Shown piece after piece: positions 8,400 to 16,617 of a stretch of 32,000 nucleotides of DNA. Every line of letters starts with the position of its first letter. The first letter of the stretch is position 1. The translations under genes were made by a program, and so were the position numbers. The notes under the pieces were generated by a model that saw nothing but the letters and a program-made list of their open reading frames with translations, did not search any database and was not told where the DNA came from. The DNA lies in contig NZ_JAFCLG010000002.1 of assembly GCF_018129685.1 (NCBI RefSeq), positions 397,377-429,376 of the forward strand, given 5' to 3'. The stretch is from Bradyrhizobium manausense. GTDB taxonomy: Bacteria; Pseudomonadota; Alphaproteobacteria; Rhizobiales; Xanthobacteraceae.

Positions 8400-10406
8400 T
8401 CAAGCGGCGCGAATCTTCTCGAGGAAGCGGTTGACATCGGTACGCAACGTCTCGGACTGACGGCCGAGCTGCTCGGCGGAGGACAGCACCTGGCTCGCCA
8501 CGGCGCCGGTCTCTTCGGCGGCGCGGTTGACCCCGGCGATATTGGCTGAGACCTGCTCTGTCCCCTTCGCCGCCTCCTGGGTATTGCGCGCGACCTCCTG
8601 CGTCGCGGCCCCCTGCTCCGCCACCGCGCTGGCGATCGCCGTCGAGATCTCTTTGATCAGCCCGATCGTTCCGCCGATCCCCTGGATCGCCGTCACCGCC
8701 TCGCCCGTCACCGACTGGATGGAATCGATCTGCGCCGCGATGTCCTCAGTCGCCTTCGCTGTCAACGTCGCCAGCGACTTCACCTCCGAGGCCACCACCG
8801 CAAAGCCCTTGCCGACATCGCCGGCGCGTGCCGCCTCGATCGTCGCGTTAAGCGCCAGCAGGTTGGTCTGGCTGGCGATGTCCCGGATCAGCTGCACCAC
8901 CTCCCCGATCTTCTGCGCCGAGTCCGCCAGTGTGTTCACCGTGCCATTCGTCCGCTGCGCGTCCTCCACCGCCTGCCGGGCGATCTGCGACGCGTGCGAC
9001 ACCTGCCGGCTGATCTCGCTGATCGAACTCGACATCTCTTCCGAGGACGCCGCCACTGTCTGCACATTGGCCGAGGTTTCCTTCGAAGCCGCCGCCGCCC
9101 CCCTGGTCTGGCGCTGCGTCTCCTCCGCCGTCGCCGACATGCCGGTGGCGGTGGCGCGCAGCTCGGTCGAGGCCGAGGCTATGTTCTCGAGCGCCTGGCG
9201 CACCGAGCGATCGAACTCGACAATATAATCCTCGATAACCTTTTGCCGCTGCTCCTTGCTCTCCTGCTCCGCGCGCCGCTCCGCCGCCAGCCGGTCCGCG
9301 TCGATCATGCTGCGCTTGAACACCTCGACGGCCCTCGCCATCTCACCGATCTCGTCCTTGTTGTTCAGCGCCGGAACGTCGACGGATTTGTCGCCGCCCG
9401 CCAGCTTCTTCATAACCGCGGTCATGCCGGAGATCGGAATGACGATGCCACGGTCGATCACATAACCCAGAAAAATGACGATCAGCACACCGATTCCCAC
9501 CAACAGGCTCAGTCGCGTCATGGTGTTAGAGACGGCCTCGTCCGTGTCCTGCGCCGTACGAACGAGATCAGCATCGAGCGTCTGCTGTGCCGCGGCTCCG
9601 AGCTCCTTGATTTTCAGGAATTGCGGCACAATTGTCTTCTCGTAAAGCTCGTCCCCCTGCAGGGCCGCTTCCGAGGCCACGGCGAAGCTTGCGCTATAAG
9701 CATCGAGCGCCGCTTTGACCGCCGGCAGTAAATCGTGAATGCCCGCCGCCGCCGTGTTCTTCTGCAGAGCGCCCAGCGCCGCCATCGCTTTCTCAACATT
9801 GGTCCTGACGCTGGCGGGGCCTTTCACGTCATGAGTGGCGAGAAAGCGCCAATTCGCAAGGCGGGCGAGAAGCACCGCCGTCTCCACCTCGTTCGCCTGA
9901 CGATTGACGGCGATCTCGCCCTGACCGCGTACCGCATCGAGCAACTGCGCCACCGCAGCCGTCAGCTCGTCACCGCGGGAGAACTGCTTGGCTCGTGCCG
10001 CGGCAAAGTTGGTGCCGACCGCGACGAGCTTATCGAAATTCTGCTTGGCGGAAGTGATGGCGTCCGAGGTTTCGTCATAGAGGCGACGGCGCTCAGAAGA
10101 GACTGACGCTTGCTTCGCCGCGGCCAGCAACTCGATCGCCTTCGTCTGCTCGGCGTCGAACGCCTTGATGGTCGCTTCGTCCTGATCCGTCTGGAACTTG
10201 AGGGCGTTTCGCAGCATTTGCCCGGCGACGTTCTGTACCTCGAGATTGCGCGTGGCGTTGCTCGTAATGCCGGCGAACCACGCTATTTGGCGTTCGACGC
10301 CAATGAGCTGAAAGACCCCCACGGCGATCAGCCCGCCGGCGATCATCAGCAGTCCACCGAGGCCGGCATAGGCCCTCGACCGGATCCGAAAGTCGCTGAG
10401 ACGCAT
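8400..10406 (-). CDS. Methyl-accepting chemotaxis protein (two TM helices, periplasmic helical-bundle sensor, HAMP, MA signalling domain)
   Basis: N-terminal TM, a ~270-aa periplasmic region, a second TM and then HAMP (..[37 protein letters not shown]). The highly conserved MA core is present: [53 protein letters not shown]. Confidence 0.92.
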   Translation of the reverse strand: MRLSDFRIRSRAYAGLGGLLMIAGGLIAVGVFQLIGVERQIAWFAGITSNATRNLEVQNVAGQMLRNALKFQTDQDEATIKAFDAEQTKAIELLAAAKQASVSSERRRLYDETSDAITSAKQNFDKLVAVGTNFAAARAKQFSRGDELTAAVAQLLDAVRGQGEIAVNRQANEVETAVLLARLANWRFLATHDVKGPASVRTNVEKAMAALGALQKNTAAAGIHDLLPAVKAALDAYSASFAVASEAALQGDELYEKTIVPQFLKIKELGAAAQQTLDADLVRTAQDTDEAVSNTMTRLSLLVGIGVLIVIFLGYVIDRGIVIPISGMTAVMKKLAGGDKSVDVPALNNKDEIGEMARAVEVFKRSMIDADRLAAERRAEQESKEQRQKVIEDYIVEFDRSVRQALENIASASTELRATATGMSATAEETQRQTRGAAAASKETSANVQTVAASSEEMSSSISEISRQVSHASQIARQAVEDAQRTNGTVNTLADSAQKIGEVVQLIRDIASQTNLLALNATIEAARAGDVGKGFAVVASEVKSLATLTAKATEDIAAQIDSIQSVTGEAVTAIQGIGGTIGLIKEISTAIASAVAEQGAATQEVARNTQEAAKGTEQVSANIAGVNRAAEETGAVASQVLSSAEQLGRQSETLRTDVNRFLEKIRAA

Positions 10407-10835
10407 CTGTTCGCTCCATCGTGCGCCGTTGGCGAGGCGGAAGGGTTATGCCGGACGAAATCACCCGGCGGCCTGGCCAGCTCGTCATTTTCCTTGCCTC
10501 GAATCGCTTGAAATGTACGAGATGCCTGTTAAGACTTAGCTAAACTAGCGCCAAAACGCCTTGGCCGGAAAGCGACGTCCGGATCACTCATGGCGCGTGC
10601 TGAGCACATTGCCGGCGCTAACTGTTCGACGTGTTCGAGGCGAAAAAGTCGCCGACCACCCGGAGGGTGATCGTGGAACATCGCTTACGGTCAAAGGGAA
10701 TCAACCCTTCTTATTCAGCTTGGAAGTTTTCTGATTTTCGCAATGTTTTCGAAAGTCGTTTGGTATCCGACGCCAGCGGCTGAATGGCCGGCTTGAGACA
10801 CTGCATATCTTCCTGGAATTCACTTGCCGAGCCCC

Positions 10836-11681
10836 TTACCGCGTCTCTTGGGATCCGGCAGATCCGAAAAATCGCAATATCTGATTTTGCATGGGCGGCC
10901 AGTCATTATGCGAGCCGCCTCCCTCACAGTAAACGGTCATCCCGTTGGGTGCGCAACCTTCGAATGCTAGGCAGCCACTGGCTTGCGGTGCGGGCGGTTT
11001 TGCGATGTCGCAGGCATTGCAGCGCGCCCACCACAGGGCGGCTTCCTTTCCCCAGCCCGGAAAATGTGTGTCCTGCTTGCCGTGCATGACCATCACCGGA
11101 ATGGGCTTCGGGCATCGAAAGGCTTCGAGGTCTTTCCGAGAGAAGCCCGCGGCGCTCGGAGCAATTGCCGACACGGTGCCTGTAGTCTCTTCCAGAACGG
11201 CGAGCGCAATCGACACCGTTCCGCCATCGGAGTGGCCGGTCGCATACACTCGATTTGGATCGACGCACCAAACGGCGGCAACTTCTTTAGGTAGCTGCGC
11301 AAGCTTTTCTATCGTCTTCACCGATAGAGGACGGCTACCGACATAAACCACGACGAAGCCGCTGCGGGTTGCCTCGGTGGTGAGGCGGGTGAGGGATTCG
11401 CTCTGTTTCGCATCATAGCCCGCCGGCGCATAGACGACGAGCAGCGGATGCGCATAGGTCGGATCGAGGTTTGCAGGCGCCCTCACGTTATAATGAAAGC
11501 CATCGCGCGATGTAAGGCCGTCGGTGGCACCTGGTCCGGCCGGCTTGCTGCCGGGGGAACAGGAGCCGCGGCGCACAGCGTGCGCATAGTCGAAGCTGAC
11601 GACCGAAGTCCCCTCCGGCGGCTCCGATGATCCGGAGCATCCAGAACACGATGCCACCACAAGCGCAATTACAACGCGCAT
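10836..11681 (-). CDS. Secreted or lipoprotein alpha/beta-hydrolase, PHB-depolymerase/feruloyl-esterase-like (LpqC-type)
   Basis: GHSDGG nucleophile elbow in the context ..DPNRVYATGHSDGGTVS.., and a Cys-rich C-terminal region. MRVVIALVVASCSGC gives a lipobox-like VASC. The start is uncertain (ATG 11681 versus GTG 11765). Confidence 0.7.
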   Translation of the reverse strand: MRVVIALVVASCSGCSGSSEPPEGTSVVSFDYAHAVRRGSCSPGSKPAGPGATDGLTSRDGFHYNVRAPANLDPTYAHPLLVVYAPAGYDAKQSESLTRLTTEATRSGFVVVYVGSRPLSVKTIEKLAQLPKEVAAVWCVDPNRVYATGHSDGGTVSIALAVLEETTGTVSAIAPSAAGFSRKDLEAFRCPKPIPVMVMHGKQDTHFPGWGKEAALWWARCNACDIAKPPAPQASGCLAFEGCAPNGMTVYCEGGGSHNDWPPMQNQILRFFGSAGSQETR

Positions 11682-11779
11682 CCTCAGCTTCGCCTCGCCG
11701 GTCGCGCTAGCTCTCCTAGCGAGGTTGGCGGCAAGGCCCGTTCCCCCTCCTGGCCAAACAATCACCGGCCTTATCCCAG

Positions 11780-12388
11780 CTAGTTTGGTGGTATGCTGAG
11801 GCGGGCGTCCAATTTCTTTCTGACACGTGCCGAATAACGATATAAGGCAAATCCTACCAATGGAACTACGATGAAAAGCAGGTATTTCTCGTAGAACGAC
11901 TTTCCAGAAGCCACACTGAAGGGAAACCGTGAGACGTATTCGCCCTTTGCGCCCGCGGTAACCAGTCCGATAAATTTTCCAGCCTTATCGAACGTATATT
12001 CCAAGGCAATGCTGCCAGAGGGGTAAACTTTGGGCTGCAGGTGCACAACGGTGATGGTCTCCAAATTGCTGTTGTCTCCCGTATCCCGCACGATTCGCAC
12101 CTCGATCGGGATGTCGCGCAGAGCATCATCAACCGCGTCCAGCACCACCACCGTTTTGCCGGTCTCCGGAATGTCTTCGCAGAACTCCCTGCTGCCGGTT
12201 GCTTGCGGCTGGTACCCGGTAAAGTGCATGATGTATGCTCCCAATCGGAGCCTACACACGTCATTTTCCATACTGACGCCACCGTGGGAAGAGGCCGGCT
12301 GGGACGACAAAACCAGCAGAGGCACTGCAAACGAAAGGCCGCGCAATGCCGATCTGGAGTACCTCCTGATCGTGAGCTTATCGACCAT
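11780..12388 (-). CDS. Exported protein with a C-terminal membrane anchor, in the PmoD/AmoD position of the CuMMO operon. Family not verified.
   Basis: Signal peptide (..FAVPLLVLSSQPASSHG), a ~140-aa soluble domain with a single Cys (ENDVCRLRLGAYIMHF), one C-terminal TM (LLFIVVPLVGFALY) and a basic tail. It starts 29 nt after the pmoB stop on the same strand. Confidence 0.6.
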   Translation of the reverse strand: MVDKLTIRRYSRSALRGLSFAVPLLVLSSQPASSHGGVSMENDVCRLRLGAYIMHFTGYQPQATGSREFCEDIPETGKTVVVLDAVDDALRDIPIEVRIVRDTGDNSNLETITVVHLQPKVYPSGSIALEYTFDKAGKFIGLVTAGAKGEYVSRFPFSVASGKSFYEKYLLFIVVPLVGFALYRYSARVRKKLDARLSIPPN

Positions 12389-12417
12389 CGCGCAGCTTCG
12401 TCCTATTAAACCTGGCT

Positions 12418-13677
12418 TCAGATCGTCTTTTTGAAGACTGGAACAATGGGCCCGTATACTTCGCTCATGGAGCGGTTGCCTTTCCCGTCATAGAAAAACA
12501 GCAATCCGCCCATTCTACTGTCAACGTTAGAAAGAAAGCTCACCAAACGTTCTACTTCCCATGCCGCATCCGTTGTATCCAGGTTCACCAGACGGCTTTC
12601 ACCAGGTGCAAGCGGCTCCGGATGGTCGATGACAAGGCCGTTCCGGGGGACCAGCTCCTTCGGAAATTTCGAACTGACTGCCGCCACCGCCGCAGGAAGA
12701 CTCTTATTTATGAAACGCAGGTTAGCGGTGGTGAACTCGCCAACGCTCACGGGTTGATCGGACGTATTGGTCATCTCTACGCTCAGGCGCATGGACCGAC
12801 CGGGAACGTCGTACTCGGCCCTCTTGAACTTGATTTCAACCGCGTGGGGCGGCTTGGGCAGTGGTGGAGTGGAAAGAGACCCCGATTGAAGCGGAACCAG
12901 TTCTGGAAACTCGGACGTCGTTCTGGTGTATCCGACCAGCACCACGATCGCCAAAAGGACCAGCAGGGCCGCCGCAACTTTGTCGTCCATCGGCGTGATG
13001 AGAAGGTCCTCTCGCCCCTTCTTGACCACGAGCCAGCGCGAAATGATGAGGGGCCTGCGCAGCCACCATAGGATCCACACCGCGGCAATCAGCCCGAACC
13101 CAAACTGCCACATCTGCACGCGTGAAACGCCAAACGTTTGCAGATCGTCGATCTTGTTTCCAGTCAAGGTCGTGAGCGGATCCTTGAAATCCGCTTCGTT
13201 GCCGCTGACAGTTATCCATTCTCCCGGCCCAACGACCGCCCCGGCCCCATGGATGTTCATGACCGGATGAAGGTGCCACTGTCCCACCTTACGCGCCTTC
13301 ATAACGAGTTTGAAGTCATAATCCCGTCCGACGATCAAACCCTTGGTGGACTGCCGTGCGGGAATTTCGTTGATGTACGATTCTACGCGGGTCATGACGG
13401 CGCCGGGCGAGCCGTTGGAAAGGAACACCAGATTGGGCAGACTCACCGAATCCGGCCAATCGTTCAATAAGTGAAACTTGCCCTGGACGGTTACTGTATC
13501 GTTGACGTTAAGCGCATCGGTTGACCAAGTGACGTCATACCAATGCACAGTGCGCGTTCTGATGTAAGGCTCGGTCGCCCGCTCGCCGTGCGCGAATGCG
13601 GCCTGATCCATAAGGGAAAATAGCAATGTCGTCGCGGCCCAAACGAGCAACGTCGCCTTTTTCATTATCTTGCTCAT
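12418..13677 (-). CDS. pmoB: Copper membrane monooxygenase subunit B (PmoB/AmoB family)
   Basis: The signal peptide ends AFA, so the mature N-terminus is HGERATEPYIRTRTVHWYDVTW (compare PmoB HGEKSQAAFMRMRTIHWYD). The WHLHPV HxH motif, two central TM helices and a C-terminal cupredoxin-like domain are present. The start overlaps the pmoA stop (ATGA, 13674-13677). Confidence 0.9.
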   Translation of the reverse strand: MSKIMKKATLLVWAATTLLFSLMDQAAFAHGERATEPYIRTRTVHWYDVTWSTDALNVNDTVTVQGKFHLLNDWPDSVSLPNLVFLSNGSPGAVMTRVESYINEIPARQSTKGLIVGRDYDFKLVMKARKVGQWHLHPVMNIHGAGAVVGPGEWITVSGNEADFKDPLTTLTGNKIDDLQTFGVSRVQMWQFGFGLIAAVWILWWLRRPLIISRWLVVKKGREDLLITPMDDKVAAALLVLLAIVVLVGYTRTTSEFPELVPLQSGSLSTPPLPKPPHAVEIKFKRAEYDVPGRSMRLSVEMTNTSDQPVSVGEFTTANLRFINKSLPAAVAAVSSKFPKELVPRNGLVIDHPEPLAPGESRLVNLDTTDAAWEVERLVSFLSNVDSRMGGLLFFYDGKGNRSMSEVYGPIVPVFKKTI

Positions 13678-14477
13678 AGAGCACCCGCATCGATTTTAGC
13701 GCCATAAAGCTCCTTGAAGCGGTATCCCACCGGTATGTATTTGGGTGTGCAGGCGACCACACCCATCAACCAGAACACCGAGTAGGCGAACATGCAAACG
13801 AACGCAGAAAAGAACGCTGAGACCCAGTTGGCGGAGTCGCCGAACGTGCGCAAGGTTCCGCGTTCGATAATTCTTATGTATTCAGGCGTGCCGGAACGAG
13901 GGAAGACGTAGCCGATGATATCGGCAACAGACGCCATCTCACCCATATGCTCTGCTGGCTGGAAATATGGCGCCAGATAAATCCAGTTTGTCGGAAAGAA
14001 CGAGAGACCATAAATAACGCCGCCGAACACGGCCGTTATAACCCAGCTTCGGCTCAGCACAAGGATGAAGTCGAGTGCCATCGCTCCGACTAGACCGGTC
14101 GCTGGAACAACGAGACTGAGCGGGAAGTAGGCCATGCCTTCCCAAGCATGGTATCTGACAATCCAGACGCCGATCAGAAACAGAAGTGCGCTAGCTGTCG
14201 CTCCGATTGGCAGGCGAAATAGAGTCCAGAAGATCGCCTGAAATGCCGCGGCCGACATTATGGAGACTATCGGCGTTATCAGAATCCAATACTGTCTGTC
14301 TTTCCAGTCAATAAAAAAATCCCAGTCCCCAGCGAAAAGGAGAAAATGGATGTGCGTAACGGACCATACAAGGAAGGCAGCTATGACGACAATCAGGTAG
14401 TCGAAAGTTCGTGAATAGCGCGCTATTCTTGGCGACATTTCTGCCGCAGCTAAAATTGCTTGATCGTTGTCAGTCAT
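13674..14477 (-). CDS. pmoA: Copper membrane monooxygenase subunit A (PmoA/AmoA family)
   Basis: Blocks GDWDFFIDWKDRQYW, FRLPIGAT, VRYHAWEGMAYFPLSLVVPA, SWVITAVFGG and GTPEYIRIIERGTLRTFG are collinear with conserved PmoA/AmoA blocks. Confidence 0.92.
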   Translation of the reverse strand: MTDNDQAILAAAEMSPRIARYSRTFDYLIVVIAAFLVWSVTHIHFLLFAGDWDFFIDWKDRQYWILITPIVSIMSAAAFQAIFWTLFRLPIGATASALLFLIGVWIVRYHAWEGMAYFPLSLVVPATGLVGAMALDFILVLSRSWVITAVFGGVIYGLSFFPTNWIYLAPYFQPAEHMGEMASVADIIGYVFPRSGTPEYIRIIERGTLRTFGDSANWVSAFFSAFVCMFAYSVFWLMGVVACTPKYIPVGYRFKELYGAKIDAGAL

Positions 14478-14480
14478 GCT

Positions 14481-14490
14481 CCCCCCCCCC
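14481..14490 (-). repeat. G10 homopolymer (C10 on the + strand) 3 nt upstream of the pmoA ATG, occupying the SD position
   Basis: Read directly: 14471 cagtcatgct cccccccccc ggtaattc. On the mRNA strand this is ..ACCGGGGGGGGGGAGCATG. Confidence 0.9.
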
Positions 14491-14532
14491 GGTAATTCGT
14501 ATTCTTATGATTAGGCAACGGTTCTTTGCCGA

Positions 14533-14580
14533 AGGCGGTGTCCTACCTGTCAGTCAGTCGATTCAGCAGAGACACCGCCT
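14533..14580 (-). promoter_or_regulatory. Perfect 10-bp stem with a 28-nt loop in the pmoC-pmoA intergenic spacer (candidate mRNA processing or stability element)
   Basis: AGGCGGTGTC (14533-14542) is the exact reverse complement of GACACCGCCT (14571-14580). No U-tract follows on the mRNA strand, so this is not a classical intrinsic terminator. Confidence 0.4.
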
Positions 14581-14620
14581 ACAGTCGCATTGTCCGCCAT
14601 CGCCGGCATCAGCCAAGGCG

Positions 14621-15400
14621 TCAGGCTTTCGCCAAGTTTGCGCCATCGATCTCTTTGAAAAGCTCCGCCATCCTCATGGTCGCCTGAAGAAGGACGCCGC
14701 CAAGAGCAAAGCCGGTCCACCCAAGAACCGGGAAGCCCCAATGGAGCGGATGGCTGAAGATTTCTTCAGTGAGCCAGAACGCGTGGCCCCACTCGTTATA
14801 GCCAAGGTTCGGCAGAATGAGCCCGGGCCCGAGCACAGCCATGATGAGCGGCACCGAATAGCCTTTTGAGAATTTGGGAATCCGCGTGGTAGCATATAGA
14901 AGGCTGCTAACGCCCAAGATGATATACAGTGGAATACAAGCGTAAAATACGACGATATGGCTGGGAGTAAGCGCGGTGTCGCGAATCACGGTTTGATGCC
15001 AAGTGGCATCGCTCTCACCAAAGAAGCTAGCGATCCAAAGAAAAGAAAACGTATACAGCAAGAACCACGCGACGAGGCTAAAGTAGCGGCGCAGTTCCGT
15101 TTCGGCGTCGATTTTGTCGAGGTTCTTATCCCGGGTGAGCCAAAGGTAGGCCCAAATGGCGAAGCCCACCCCGAAAATAAGCGGTACCTCGACTTTGAAC
15201 AGCGTCAGCCAGTAGGTCGCAAATTCGGGGGATGTCGAATCCAGGCCGTACTTGAATGCAAATGCCTGCTGGTAAAGCCGAAGCCCTACGTAGATGGCGA
15301 GCAGCACTCCCCAGGAGATGGCCACCGGCACGAGATTGATAAGCTTTTTCGTATGTTGCGGGTCAGCCGCCCGCGGCTCAGATTCTAAGATGGCATGCAT
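14621..15400 (-). CDS. pmoC: Copper membrane monooxygenase subunit C (PmoC/AmoC family)
   Basis: ESDATWHQTVIRDTALTPSHIV contains the D..H..H metal site. NEWGHAFWLTEEIFSHPLHWGF contains the N..H..H site. I prefer the ATG at 15400 (MHAILE..), 8 nt behind GAGGAGG. The track start at 15436 adds 12 codons. Confidence 0.92.
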   Translation of the reverse strand: MHAILESEPRAADPQHTKKLINLVPVAISWGVLLAIYVGLRLYQQAFAFKYGLDSTSPEFATYWLTLFKVEVPLIFGVGFAIWAYLWLTRDKNLDKIDAETELRRYFSLVAWFLLYTFSFLWIASFFGESDATWHQTVIRDTALTPSHIVVFYACIPLYIILGVSSLLYATTRIPKFSKGYSVPLIMAVLGPGLILPNLGYNEWGHAFWLTEEIFSHPLHWGFPVLGWTGFALGGVLLQATMRMAELFKEIDGANLAKA

Positions 15401-15581
15401 AGTCCCGCCTCCTCTCGCTGATGATAACTTAGTCAACTATTGTCCTATGACTTGGGATACGGTCCTTTAGTATTAGGGTCCCACCTGCCCGCGGTCGTTG
15501 CTGAAGCGCCTGACGGACCTATCCGACTGGCGTCCGGCCCAAGGCCCTGATCCCGGAAAGTGGATTCCGGTATCTTGGCCT

Positions 15582-15599
15582 TGTCACTGTAGAGTGACA
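15582..15599. promoter_or_regulatory. 7-4-7 perfect palindrome TGTCACT-GTAG-AGTGACA about 180 bp upstream of pmoC (candidate operator)
   Basis: Read directly at 15582-15599. It lies between pmoC and the IS110 remnant. Confidence 0.25.
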
Positions 15600-15719
15600 G
15601 GCGAAGCAGACAGCTCGTTGGATTCCTGGTCGCGGGCGCGGTCGTAGCCCGGCAACGGCGTCTGCGTCGGGTCTCTCGATCGAACAGTCGCAAGGACGGC
15701 GGCCTGGCGCTGCAAGTCG

Positions 15720-16160
15720 GCATACAAGTCTAATCCATGACAGCAGCCTCGTTCGCGCAGCAAGCGCCTTCGCTTACCATCGCCGATGGCATCCGCAGGC
15801 TCCGGCACGAGGGTGTTAGCCGCCTCATGTTGGAGGCGATCGGCATCGTTAATCCGCGCCGCATCAAGGCCTTTCCGCGAGACCGGGGGGCGGCGCGCCA
15901 AGACCGACAGGCTGGACGCGCGGCTGATTGCGCGCTTCGCTCTTGTCATGATCGACGAGATCCGCCCGCTGTCTTCCGCCGAACAGCAAGCCCTGAAGGC
16001 GCTGTCGCCAGTCGACCGAGATGGTCGCGATAGAGAAGACGCGGCTCAAGCAGGCGGTCGAGCCCATGCTGTTGGCAAGCCGCCGCACCCTTTACTCGAT
16101 GAGGTTTGCGAGAGGATAAGAAGAGATGCAGGATCGGTCTTACCGGCGCATGCGACACTG
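15720..16160 (+). mobile_element. IS110-family transposase fragment, multiply frameshifted (remnant)
   Basis: The pieces ..IVNPRRIKAFPRD.., ..GRRAKTDRLDARLIARFALVM..IRPLSSAEQQALKAL.. and ..EKTRLKQAVEPMLLAS.. sit in three different frames. They match the conserved IS110 N-terminal/central blocks. Confidence 0.65.
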
Positions 16161-16617
16161 GTGACCCAAATGGCCCGTTGAGGCCTGTCCATTAATGAGA
16201 TCGCACGCGCGCGCGCTGATATCCATATTGGTCCGGAGCAAAACTCGCTCCAATCAGAGACCGGATACATTGATACAAGACCGCTGACGCCAGCTCGACG
16301 AAAACCTCTTGCGACGCGCGGCCGGAGGCGCCACGAAGGTTGTGCGCGCCTGAACCCTGCAATCTCAAACCCGCAAGCGAGCCAAAAACTGACTCGCGCT
16401 CAATGGCTTAGAAATTTTTCACGCACGACTTTGTATGTCGTCGTCTATCAGCTCAATGGCAGGGTGTTGCCGTGACAACGGCTGGCGTCTGCTTCGCTAA
16501 TGTTTGCATCGACGGCGAAGGCTTCGCCCTTGATCAGGCCGGCATTCATGCATGCCGTACAGTCTCAAAAATGTATCGGAGAATGTCACTATCGCGGAAT
16601 CGAAGTTCAAGCCACGC

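Noticed and set aside
7930-8400. Small ORF 8026..8220(-) with one hydrophobic stretch, plus adjacent protein-like snippets
   Set aside because: It is too short, has no SD or motif and sits next to IS debris, so it is probably a remnant. There is insufficient support to call it.
8527-10511. Long plus-strand ORFs (8527..9228, 8994..9731, 9735..10106, 10110..10511) opposite the MCP gene
   Set aside because: These are antisense shadows of the MCP, whose Ala/Glu-rich repeats keep the opposite strand open.
14481-14490. G10 tract as a bona fide phase-variation switch
   Set aside because: The distance from the 3' end of the tract to the ATG would not change with tract length, and there is no evidence of heterogeneity. 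I kept it only as a low-interest observation.
11780-15400. Calling the host a methanotroph or ammonia oxidiser on the basis of pmoCAB-like genes
   Set aside because: CuMMO family membership does not fix the substrate. The window shows no mxaFI, hao/cycAB or other pathway-defining genes. The operon looks horizontally acquired and diverged.
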